This document shows, piece by piece, positions 53,490 through 61,737 of a DNA stretch of 64,000 bases (its first letter is position 1; the number at the start of each line of letters is the position of its first letter). The notes beneath the pieces are model-generated. The model did not search any database and was not told where the DNA came from. It worked only from the letters and a program-made list of their open reading frames with translations. The DNA is taken from contig CBDANA010000007.1 in the NCBI GenBank assembly GCA_965197385.1, positions 68,054-132,053 of the forward strand. Direction: 5' to 3'. Made by a program: the position numbers and the translations under genes. Source of the stretch: Vicinamibacterales bacterium (GTDB lineage Bacteria > Acidobacteriota > Vicinamibacteria > Vicinamibacterales > UBA823).

Positions 53490-53960
53490 CTACGCCCAGC
53501 CGGCGGCGCGCTGGCTCTTGTCCTGCTGTTGCGCCTTGACGAGCTCCTCCACCCGCTTGAAGAGCCCACGGAGTTTCGGCGGGAACTCAGTCGCCTTGAA
53601 GGTCTCCTGGCTGACGCAGGCGACGCGGTACGCCCCTTCACACACGATCCGGCGGGTGTCCCGCTCGCGCGCCTGGAACCGATAGGCGATCCGCCAATCG
53701 GTGATCGACTCGACGGCAATGCCAATCTCCAGCACCTCCTCGGCCCGCACCGGCGCGCGGAACCGGCAGGACGCTTCGACCCGCGGCATCAGGATCCCGA
53801 AGTCCGCGATGAGCTCCATCCGCGTGCGGCCGAGCGCCCGGAACAGCTCGTCCTCTGCCTCTTCGAAGAACCGCAGGAAATTCCCGAACCAGACGACGCC
53901 CGCGGCGTCGGTGTCGGCCCAGTGGACTCGAACGTTGACACGATAGAAGAGATCAGACAC
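53490..53960 (-). CDS. acyl-CoA thioesterase, 4HBT/YbgC-like hotdog fold
   Basis: VRVHWADTDAAGVVWFGNFLRFFEEAEDELFRALG is the canonical 4HBT N-terminus (catalytic Asp). Confidence 0.88.
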   Translation of the reverse strand: MSDLFYRVNVRVHWADTDAAGVVWFGNFLRFFEEAEDELFRALGRTRMELIADFGILMPRVEASCRFRAPVRAEEVLEIGIAVESITDWRIAYRFQARERDTRRIVCEGAYRVACVSQETFKATEFPPKLRGLFKRVEELVKAQQQDKSQRAAGWA

Positions 53961-54003
53961 GCCGTAGCGCTCCCCGTATGGCGACCCCTTAGACCGAATC
54001 CGA

Positions 54004-54022
54004 AAAGGGGTTTGACCCCTTT
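54004..54022. terminator. AT-flanked hairpin, possible bidirectional terminator
   Basis: AAAGGGGT-TTG-ACCCCTTT forms a perfect 8-bp stem. It is followed by TATATCTTTATAT on the plus strand and TCGGATTCGG on the minus strand, in an unusually AT-rich patch. Confidence 0.35.
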
Positions 54023-54051
54023 ATATCTTTATATCCTCGTATGACGACCCC

Positions 54052-54734
54052 TCAGACCGAGCGGTCGTAGGCGGCGATGAATGCCGGATCGCGCTTGCGC
54101 AGCTTCTCACGATCGATTCGCCCGCTCCGGGTCATTGCTTCGTAGGCGAACGGCAGCGGGGACAGATGCATGTAGTCCGCCATGTGCTTGAACCAGATCA
54201 GGCTCGACTGCGCCGCGTTCTGCAGCCGGTCCACCACCGGCTTGCGCGCTCGAATGCCGGCAGCGCCGACGCCGATTTGCCTTCAGCCTTGAACGCCTGG
54301 CCCAGCGCGATGGCATCCTCGACGGCCAGCTTGGTGCCTGAGCCGACGCCGGAGTAAAGATAGCTGTGCAAGCCGCGGATGCCGGCGCGCTCCTGCTCCG
54401 GCGTGACCGTCCCACCGTCCCGGCGGCTGCCGCCGCCGCGCAGATGGACGTGCATGTCCATCAGGCCGGGCACCAGGTACTCGTCGCGTGCATCAATCAG
54501 CACCGCGCCGGCCGGCGCCGACAGTGAGGCGTCGCCGACCGCCGCGATCCGGCCGCCGTCAATGACAACCGTCGCGTCACCGACCGGCTCACCGCCGTTA
54601 CCGTCGATGAGCGTGGCACCGCGAATGACGATGACGGGGGCGAGTGGTTGCGCCGCGGCCGTCCCGGCGATTTCAAGGACGGCGATCAGACACCCGAGCA
54701 GCCCGTGGTGACCTTCCAGTATCTTTTTCTTCAC
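54052..54734 (-). pseudogene. chimeric remnant: 5' third of a secreted amidohydrolase fused to the 3' end of an FAD monooxygenase (salicylyl-CoA-hydroxylase-like), itself frameshifted
   Basis: Residues 1-130 (...VPGLMDMHVHL...LHSYLYSGV) are amidohydrolase-like. From about 54344 the sequence switches to GSGTKLAVEDAIALGQAF, the FAD monooxygenase GD-motif region. After a frameshift near 54240 it reads RARKPVVDRLQNAAQSSLIWFKHM...AYEAMTRSGRIDREKLRKRDPAF. Confidence 0.65.
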
Positions 54735-54737
54735 GCG

Positions 54738-55601
54738 CTACGACCGTGGCACGAGGGCGATCACGCGAACCGGGCTGCCCGAGCCGCGCTCAATCTTGAG
54801 CGGTGTCGCAATGACCACTGCGCCCGTCTCTGGCAGCTGATCGACGTTGGCGAGCTGGGTCAGACCGTACTTGCCGGCGCCGTGCATCGTGAAGTGGTTC
54901 GGAAACGCCGGATCGGCGGTCGCACCCACCGCCGCGTCGCTCCCGACCGCCTCGGTGCCGACGCCGAGGATGTCCCGCTTAGTCGTGAGGAAGGTGGCCG
55001 ACTCGAGGCCGAAGCCGGGGTAGTGCGGCCCGCCCGTGTCGTCGACGTTGAAGAACGCCGCGGCATCATTCGCGCGCGAGCCCCAGCCGGTTCTGAGGAT
55101 CACCCAGGCGCCGTCCGGAATCCGGCCATGCTCCGCTTCCCAGCTCTCGATCGTGTCCTGCGTCGCCACGAAGTCGGCATTCTCCGCCACGGCGGCGGTC
55201 ACGTCGATCACGACGGCCGGCCCGATGAACTGGTCGGCGTCGAGTGCGTCCACGCACGGCAGGTCACGGCCGGAGATCCAGTGGCAGGGTGCGTCGAAAT
55301 GCGTGCCTACATGCTCGCCGACCTCCATCCAGTTCCAGTACCAGGCCGGCCCGTCGTCGTCAAACTCAGAAATTGGATGCGGCGTGAACCCCGGCGTATT
55401 GGCCAGCGGTGGCGGCAGCTGGATGACCGGCGTCTCGGTGTTGAGCGGCTGCGTCAGATCGACGACCTCCACCGCGCCCGACGCCAGCCCCTCGACCAGA
55501 CCCACCAGCGGCTCGGGCGGCGGCGCCGGCTCGGACGCCGGTGGCTGGCCGCAGGCCGCGAACGTCGCGGCAAGAACGATCGCCGTGAAGACCGTACGCA
55601 T
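54738..55601 (-). CDS. cyclase-family protein (kynurenine formamidase-like fold), lipoprotein
   Basis: The GEHVGTHFDAPCHW metal motif is typical of PF04199 cyclases. The start MRTVFTAIVLAATFAACG (lipobox) is preceded by AAGGAG. Confidence 0.85.
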   Translation of the reverse strand: MRTVFTAIVLAATFAACGQPPASEPAPPPEPLVGLVEGLASGAVEVVDLTQPLNTETPVIQLPPPLANTPGFTPHPISEFDDDGPAWYWNWMEVGEHVGTHFDAPCHWISGRDLPCVDALDADQFIGPAVVIDVTAAVAENADFVATQDTIESWEAEHGRIPDGAWVILRTGWGSRANDAAAFFNVDDTGGPHYPGFGLESATFLTTKRDILGVGTEAVGSDAAVGATADPAFPNHFTMHGAGKYGLTQLANVDQLPETGAVVIATPLKIERGSGSPVRVIALVPRS

Positions 55602-55656
55602 GTGGACGCTCCTTTCAGGCGGAAACAAGCGGATCATACTCGATGCGACAAGCGTT

Positions 55657-55694
55657 CCCCTCTCCCTCCGGGAGAGGGTCGGGATGAGGGGTCG
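55657..55694 (+). repeat. REP-like hairpin repeat, second copy
   Basis: CCCCTCTCCCTCCGGGAGAGGGTCGGGATGAGGGGTCG; compare 9215..9252. Confidence 0.55.
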
Positions 55695-55735
55695 TTGGAA
55701 AGGCAGCTCCAACGGCCGAGCCGGTTGCGCCACGC

Positions 55736-56110
55736 TCACCGTTTGGTCACGTACTTGACGGCGGGCACACCCTCGAAGTCGCCATCCTGGGTCCACAACG
55801 TCGCCTTCCACGCACGTGCGGTCGCGAGGATGACGGCGTCAGCCATCGGCAGGCCAAGGTCGAGGCTGACCCGGGCTGCAGCCAGGGCGATGGGGCCAGA
55901 AAGCTCGACGACGCGCCCCTGCTGCATGAGGGCGACCGCCTGAAGGGCATCGCCTTCGCCGCGCTGCTGCAGAACCCGCTTGAAAACTTCGAACAGGCTC
56001 AATGTTGGAACGATGAGCTCGGACGTCTTCTCGATCGCCTTCGCGAAGAATCCTGTGTTCGAACCGCCGGCGAAGTACTCGAGCCAGCCGGACGAGTCGA
56101 TGACGTTCAT
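55736..56110 (-). CDS. vapC: type II toxin-antitoxin system VapC-family PIN-domain toxin
   Basis: 124 aa. MNVIDSSGWLEYF... carries the first acidic PIN residue, with further ...LATARAWKATLWTQDGDF. Overlaps the antitoxin gene by 4 nt. Confidence 0.9.
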   Translation of the reverse strand: MNVIDSSGWLEYFAGGSNTGFFAKAIEKTSELIVPTLSLFEVFKRVLQQRGEGDALQAVALMQQGRVVELSGPIALAAARVSLDLGLPMADAVILATARAWKATLWTQDGDFEGVPAVKYVTKR

Positions 56111-56313
56111 ACGCGGTCACCCTCGCGAGGAACGGCCGTATCGATGCCTCGGAGAAACCCCTTCATCTTTCGAATCGGACGAACTGGCACCAGTTCGATG
56201 CGATCGTCGTACAGGATGGCCTGCACCTTCTGACCGGGCCGCAGCTTCAAGTGGTCACGAATTCCCTTAGGAATGACGACCTGGAATTTCGGGGAAATCG
56301 TTACGGTCTCCAT
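56107..56313 (-). CDS. vapB: AbrB/MazE/SpoVT-family antitoxin (VapB)
   Basis: 68 aa. ISPKFQVVIPKGIRDHLKLRPGQKV is the swapped-hairpin AbrB motif. AGGAGG lies upstream. Confidence 0.88.
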   Translation of the reverse strand: METVTISPKFQVVIPKGIRDHLKLRPGQKVQAILYDDRIELVPVRPIRKMKGFLRGIDTAVPREGDRV

Positions 56314-56320
56314 GGGCCTC

Positions 56321-56361
56321 CTATCGATAGCAGAATAGTATTACGAGTAGTCTATCGATAG
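56321..56361. promoter_or_regulatory. two identical 10-bp palindromes CTATCGATAG, candidate VapB operator
   Basis: Located at 56321..56330 (adjacent to the vapB Shine-Dalgarno sequence) and 56352..56361, with a 21-bp AT-rich spacer. Confidence 0.55.
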
Positions 56362-56900
56362 AAACTCGACCTTGCAAATCGGGAACCGCTAGCGGTGTCG
56401 AGTTCCGAGTATCGATCGGGCAGTTTCGAGGCGTGCAGGTGGACGATCCGACAGACCCCGTCACGCTTCGCCAGGACGAACGTCCGCCTGGACAGTGACG
56501 GATCGTTCTCGAGATGAAAGGTCGCGACCGCGGCGTCGGTGAAGACCTCCACCTCCAGATCACGCGGCTCCAGCGTCGCGTATGGTGGGCCGGGCCGGCT
56601 GCTGCGCCACTCGGCTACGACGTCACGCATCTGCGGATCGAGGCCGCGCGCCCGGCGATAGGCTGCCCGCCTGATCGGCCCGGTGGGCTCGCCGCCCATG
56701 ATCGCGCGCGGAAAGACGGTGGCCCCGGCGAATGCGGCCTCCATGGCGTTGATCTCGCCGTTCTCGAATGCGCGGCGGAAGTCGCTCAGGACCGCCCTGA
56801 CCTCCTGCTCCGCCGCCCCCGACGCCGGTTGCGCAACACTTCCAGTCTGCCAAACCGCGGCCAAAACGACGGCGCCCACAAGCACCTGAACACACCGCAT
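56352..56900 (-). CDS. secreted NTF2-like (SnoaL/DUF4440-type) protein
   Basis: Signal peptide MRCVQVLVGAVVLAAVWQTGSVAQ. VRAVLSDFRRAFENGEINAMEAAF is typical of DUF4440/SnoaL-like folds. Confidence 0.6.
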   Translation of the reverse strand: MRCVQVLVGAVVLAAVWQTGSVAQPASGAAEQEVRAVLSDFRRAFENGEINAMEAAFAGATVFPRAIMGGEPTGPIRRAAYRRARGLDPQMRDVVAEWRSSRPGPPYATLEPRDLEVEVFTDAAVATFHLENDPSLSRRTFVLAKRDGVCRIVHLHASKLPDRYSELDTASGSRFARSSFYR

Positions 56901-56956
56901 CGACCTATCCTCCAGAAATGGGAATCGTGGCGCCGGGAAAGTATAGGGGCGATCCT

Positions 56957-57005
56957 CCGTTCCTTTCTCCTGCCTCCTGCCTCCTAACTCCTGATTTCTG
57001 TATTC
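56957..57005. repeat. heptamer repeat family TGCCTCC (degenerate, about 7 units)
   Basis: CCGTTCC TTTCTCC TGCCTCC TGCCTCC TAACTCC TGATTTC TGTATTC, with the same core unit as 11793..11834. Confidence 0.5.
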
Positions 57006-57012
57006 TTACGCC

Positions 57013-57123
57013 ATGTTCGGACTCCCCTGGTCCAGTCTGCTCGTCCTCATCGTGATCCCACTGGCGATCATCGGCTACCAGTACTACGTCTGCTGGCAGA
57101 TCAAGACGGGCCGGCGCCTGTAG
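57013..57123 (+). CDS. possible 36-aa single-TM small protein upstream of the SSS transporter
   Basis: MFGLPWSSLLVLIVIPLAIIGYQYYVCWQIKTGRRL, below the ORF-track cutoff. It ends 10 nt before the symporter ATG. Small TM partners of SSS transporters are known (DUF3311/DUF4212 types). Confidence 0.35.
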   Translation: MFGLPWSSLLVLIVIPLAIIGYQYYVCWQIKTGRRL

Positions 57124-57133
57124 GCAGCAGCGG

Positions 57134-58618
57134 ATGACGCCGTCCACCATCGGCCTGTCCGTCTTCGCGGCCTATCTCATCGTCGTCGTCATCATCGGAA
57201 TCGCGGCTGGCCGCCAACAGCGGAGCGAGGCGGACCTGTGGGTCGCCGGGCGCCGGTTCGGCACCGTCGTCATGACGCTCGGCATGATGGCGGCGGTGAT
57301 GCACGGCGGCTCGGTGCTGAGCGGTGTGGCCTTCGCCGGCGCGTTCGGCGGCGTGGCGATCCTGCCGCTCATGAGCTTCGCGCTCGGCTTTCTCGTCATT
57401 CTCGTCTTTTTTGCGCGGAAGCTGCGTGAGATCGGCGCGTTCACGCTGCCCGATTACATGGGTGACCGGTTCGACAGCCATGCCCTGCGGGCGTTCAGCG
57501 CCTTCGTCGTCGCGGCCTCCAGCATCGTGTACCTCATCGCACAGATTCGAGGCATGGGGTTGATCTTGGAGGGCCTGCTCGGCTTCCCGCTCATCCCGTC
57601 GATGGTGCTCGGCACGGCGCTGTTTATCTTTTATGTGGCGTTGGGCGGCATGCTGGCCGTCATCTGGACAAACATTCTGCAGTTCGTCTTCATGTGGGTT
57701 GGCCTCATGATCATGATGCCGGCCGTGTACGCGGCGGCCGGGGGCCTGGCGACAGTGATGCAGCGCGCCGAGAGTGTGGCGCCCGGGTGGACATCGGTCA
57801 CCGGCACGTCGTGGAGCTGGGGCTACCTGCTGTCCTGGTGGCTCGTCTGGTTCGTCGCCTACGCCACGCGCCTGGAGCTCCTGACGAAGGTGTTCATCGC
57901 GCGTGATTCGAACGTGGCGCGCTATGCGCTGCCGACCACTTGTTTGCTCATCAGCATCTTCATGCTCTACGGCAACCTCTATCTGGGCGGGGCCGCGAGG
58001 ATCCTCGTCTGGGACCAGATCGACCTTTCCGATCAGGCCTTTGCCGCACTCGCGGCCAGCGTCCTCGGTCCGATCGCCTCGGCGATTGCCCTGACCGGCA
58101 TCGCCGCTGCCGCGATGTCCACCACTGACTCGCTACTGCTGCTCTCGGGGGCTGCCGTCGCGCACGATTTCCTGCGCAAGTCGATCCACGAGCCGCGCGG
58201 CACGGCGCGAACCGAGCGCTATTACCTGCGTATCTCGCGTCTGACCTTCGTGGCGATCGGAACCGTCGCACTCGTCGCCGCGCTGAACACGCCCGCGCTG
58301 ATCCTAGCGATCGTCTCCTATGCGGTCGCGATGGTCGGGGCCACCTTCTTCTTCCCGCTGCTGTTCGGCCTGGCCTCGCCGCGCACGACACCGGCGGCGG
58401 CGACCGCCTCGGCGGTTGGCGGCTTCCTGATCACTGCCGCCTGGACCGGCCTCACTCTGGCCGAGGTCTCCTGGGCGGTCGCCATCCACCCGATCGTGCC
58501 CGGCATGGCGCTCAGCCTCGCGCTCATTCTCGGCCTGACACCGGTCACGACACCCGCGCCGGCGCCCGCGCTGGAAAGATTCTTCGGAAAAGCTTCAGCT
58601 ACTATTGCTCCGCAATGA
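57134..58618 (+). CDS. sodium:solute symporter (SSS) family transporter
   Basis: 494 aa with about 13 TM helices. The N-terminal region ...DLWVAGRRFG...GGSVLSGVAFAGAFG...TLPDYMGDRF is typical of the SSS family. Confidence 0.9.
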   Translation: MTPSTIGLSVFAAYLIVVVIIGIAAGRQQRSEADLWVAGRRFGTVVMTLGMMAAVMHGGSVLSGVAFAGAFGGVAILPLMSFALGFLVILVFFARKLREIGAFTLPDYMGDRFDSHALRAFSAFVVAASSIVYLIAQIRGMGLILEGLLGFPLIPSMVLGTALFIFYVALGGMLAVIWTNILQFVFMWVGLMIMMPAVYAAAGGLATVMQRAESVAPGWTSVTGTSWSWGYLLSWWLVWFVAYATRLELLTKVFIARDSNVARYALPTTCLLISIFMLYGNLYLGGAARILVWDQIDLSDQAFAALAASVLGPIASAIALTGIAAAAMSTTDSLLLLSGAAVAHDFLRKSIHEPRGTARTERYYLRISRLTFVAIGTVALVAALNTPALILAIVSYAVAMVGATFFFPLLFGLASPRTTPAAATASAVGGFLITAAWTGLTLAEVSWAVAIHPIVPGMALSLALILGLTPVTTPAPAPALERFFGKASATIAPQ

Positions 58619-59971
58619 CTTCCGCCCTCGCCCTGCGCCGGCAACTCGGGCTCTCGGCCGTCGCCGCGATCGTCATTGGTGACATCCTCGGCTCCGGCAT
58701 CTTCTTTACGCCGGGCGAGCTGGCCGCCGTCGCCGAGACGCGATGGCAGGTCTATTTTTCTGGGCGCTGTGCGGCGCCATCACCCTGTGCGGCGCGCTGA
58801 CGCTAGCCTAACTGACGACACTGCTCCCGAAGCCGGGGGCGACGTATCACATCATTCGCGAGGGCTACGGTCCATTCTGGGGCTTCCTCAAGGTCTGGAT
58901 GGAGATGTGGGTTAGCGGTCCGGCTCGGTCGCCGGGGTGGCGACCGTGTTCGGCGAGTTCGTCGTGCAGTTGCTCAGCGCCGGAGGGCTGCCGGCGTCCG
59001 TGTGGGGTATCGCCGCCATCGGCGTCTTCGCGGCGATCAATCTGCGCGGCGTGCAGTGGGGCGGCGGCACGCAGGTGCTGCTGACCGCCGCCAAGATCTT
59101 CGGCCTGCTCTGCCCGGTCGGCGGCAGCCTGTTGTTCACCGACGCGGTCGCGCCCACGCCGATCCCAGCCGGCAGCTCCGGAGGCTAGCTCGGATTCTTG
59201 CACCTCGTCAGCCTGGGTGTGGCGGCGGTCCTGTTCACCTACGACGGCTGGCTGGACGTGACGCACGTCGCCGGTGAAGTGGACGCGCCGCGGCGCAGCC
59301 TGCCGCTCGGCCTGGCGCTGGGCGTGGGCGGCATCACCGTGCTGTACCTCGTCGTCAACTACGCGTTCCTACAGGTGATCCCGCTCGACGCCATGCGCGC
59401 CGAGCCGACGACAATCGGCGCTACGATCGCCACATTAGCGTTTGGCGTCACCGGCGGCCGGTTCGTCACCGGCCTGATGACCGTCTCGATCTTCGGTGCC
59501 CTGGGCGGACTCGTGATGACGCTGCCCCGCATCTTCCACACGGTGGCCGCCCAGCACGCACCGCAGGGCGAGCGCACGCCGCTGGCCGGGTTCTTCCGCG
59601 GACTCTCGGCTGTGTCGCCCAGGACCGGGGTCCCGGCCGGCGCGATCATCTTTACGGCGGTGCTCTCGTCGATTGCGCTGCTCGTCTTCGGGTCGTTCGG
59701 GCGGCTGGTGACCTTCTTGCTCGTGCCGCTGCAACTGGCGAACATCCTCCTGGTGTCGGCCGTCTTTCCGCTCCGGCGGCGCCGTCGGGCAGATGCCGAC
59801 GCCTACCGCACCCCTGGGTTCCCGGTCGTGCCGCTCATCTTCATGGGGGTCATGGCGATGTTTCTCGTGAGTGCCGTCATCTACAACCCGTTCGACACGC
59901 TGATCGGCCTGCTGCTCACCGCGACCGGCATCCCGATGTACTTCTGGATCTCCAGGTCGGCGGCCGCATGA
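58615..59971 (+). pseudogene. APC-family amino-acid permease, disrupted by 2 frameshifts and 2 in-frame stops
   Basis: Pieces in three frames read colinearly as an APC permease: LSAVAAIVIGDILGSGIFFTPG / FWALCGAITLCGALTLA*LTTLLPKPGATYHIIREGYGPFWGFL / SGSVAGVATVFGEFV...GG*LGFLHLVSLGVAAVLFTYDGW.... The TAA at 58809 replaces the conserved Glu of AEL. There is a TAG at 59186. The frameshifts lie at a T-run (about 58755) and next to a short GG step (about 58925). Confidence 0.8.
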
Positions 59972-60912
59972 GCGCCTTCGGGGTCCGGTCGGCCTACGGC
60001 ACGCTCGAGCGCGTCATCATGCATCGGCCCGGTGTCGAGCTCGACCTCGTCACACCACAGTCCCTGCGTGAGTTCAACTTCGATCGACCGGTCGACCGCG
60101 ACGCCTTCGTGCGCGACTACGACACGATGCTCGGCCTGTTCCACCGGGACGGGGTGGAGATGATCTTCCTGAGCGAGCTCTTGCGGGACGACGCCGACAC
60201 CATTGCGACACTCGGCCGCCGTCCCAACGCGACCTATACACGCGACCTCGCCGTCGTGTTCTCGCACGGCGCCGTCCTGATGAGCCCCCACCTCCGCGGA
60301 CGCTTGGGCGATCAAGGGCTGATGGGTCGCGCGTTCCAGAAGCTGGGCGTGCCGGTCCTCGGCGCCATCGAGCCGCCCGGCTATCTGGAAGGGGGCGGCG
60401 TGACGATGATCGGCGAGGATACCGTCGTCGCCTCGATCTGCGACCGCGCCACTCAGGAGGGAACGGCCGCATTGCGATCGCTCGTCCTCGGCCGCGAGGT
60501 GCATTACTTCGTCGAGGTGCCGCTGCCGTTCGGCTACATCCACATCGACGGCATCTTCATGGTGCTGGACGACAAGCTCTGCCTGATCTTCGAGGAGGCG
60601 TTCCGCACGTTTCCGTGCTGGCTGTACGAAGCGGGGCGGGCAGAGCCGCGGCACGTGATGTTCGAGCAATTCCTGGCGGAGCGTGGGGTCGCGCGGCTGC
60701 CGATCTCCGACGAGGAGCGCCGCGGCGGACATCTGAACGTCGTCGTCACGCAGCGGGGACGGCGTGCGATCGGCTTCGCGCAGGCGACCGGCATCGCCGC
60801 ACGCCTGGGCGCCCTCGGCTTGGAGCTCTCGACCTTTCCCTCGGAAGAGCTGTTCGCCGGCAACGGCGGCGCGCACTGCATGACCTGTCCGCTGCTGGTC
60901 GGTTCGACGTAA
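59968..60912 (+). CDS. amidinotransferase/arginine-deiminase-fold enzyme (dimethylarginine dimethylaminohydrolase-like)
   Basis: 314 aa with the C-terminal catalytic motif GNGGAHCMTCPL and HIDGIFMVL. Confidence 0.85.
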   Translation: MSAFGVRSAYGTLERVIMHRPGVELDLVTPQSLREFNFDRPVDRDAFVRDYDTMLGLFHRDGVEMIFLSELLRDDADTIATLGRRPNATYTRDLAVVFSHGAVLMSPHLRGRLGDQGLMGRAFQKLGVPVLGAIEPPGYLEGGGVTMIGEDTVVASICDRATQEGTAALRSLVLGREVHYFVEVPLPFGYIHIDGIFMVLDDKLCLIFEEAFRTFPCWLYEAGRAEPRHVMFEQFLAERGVARLPISDEERRGGHLNVVVTQRGRRAIGFAQATGIAARLGALGLELSTFPSEELFAGNGGAHCMTCPLLVGST

Positions 60913-60924
60913 CAACGCGCCGTT

Positions 60925-61737
60925 TCAGAACGCGCCGACCCGTTGAATCGACTCGGCGGCAACGCGGGCATCGGCGGCCAGGCTGGCCGGCACGTCGCGC
61001 GAGGTGCAGTACTCCTGCAGGAAGCCGGCGGCAAAGACGTCGCCGGCACCGGTCGTGTCGACGATCTGATCGACGGTAAGCGCTGGCTGCGCCCACCGTC
61101 GGGCACCGCCCACGGCCAAGCTGCCGTCGAGCCCCAAGGTGACGACGAAGAGTTTGCCCCGCCGGCGGGCGAGCTGCTCCAGGGCGGCGGTCAGCGCCCG
61201 ATCGGCGACCTGCAGCCCGAAGAAGCCGATGTCGAACCAATCGCCGTAGCGCTCGACGACGTCGACGCTCCGCTCGAAGTCGGCGAGATCCGAGAAATCG
61301 ACAGCGCGAAGACCGGCCGAGGGCGCCGCGATCTCCGAGTCGAAAAAATCATGAATCTCGGCGTAGAGCGGGGTGACGAGCAGGTCGCAGGCGGCGATGC
61401 GCGTCCGTGCGTCGGCATCGATGCGATGGCCCCCCAGCACGCCCTGGTCGTAGCGCAGGAAGATCTTCTCACCCGACGGCGCGCGGTCGATGTACTGAAT
61501 GGACGTCCGGCCGGGGCGCCGGCTGACACTGCCCGACAGGCCGTGCCGCGCGAGCGCTTCGCTGACCAGGGCGGCCTCGGTGTCGGTGCCCAAGACGGTG
61601 ACGACCTCGACCCGACCGTCTGGGTCGAAGAGCCGCCGAGCCGTCACGGCGGTGTTGAGCGTCTTGCCGCCCGGCCGATCGACGCCGAGGTCGACGTAGC
61701 GATCGACGCCGCAGTCGCCGGCACAGACGACCTTCAC
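60925..61737 (-). CDS. PfkB-family carbohydrate kinase
   Basis: 270 aa with the C-terminal VDTTGAGDVFAAGFL motif. Confidence 0.85.
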   Translation of the reverse strand: MKVVCAGDCGVDRYVDLGVDRPGGKTLNTAVTARRLFDPDGRVEVVTVLGTDTEAALVSEALARHGLSGSVSRRPGRTSIQYIDRAPSGEKIFLRYDQGVLGGHRIDADARTRIAACDLLVTPLYAEIHDFFDSEIAAPSAGLRAVDFSDLADFERSVDVVERYGDWFDIGFFGLQVADRALTAALEQLARRRGKLFVVTLGLDGSLAVGGARRWAQPALTVDQIVDTTGAGDVFAAGFLQEYCTSRDVPASLAADARVAAESIQRVGAF

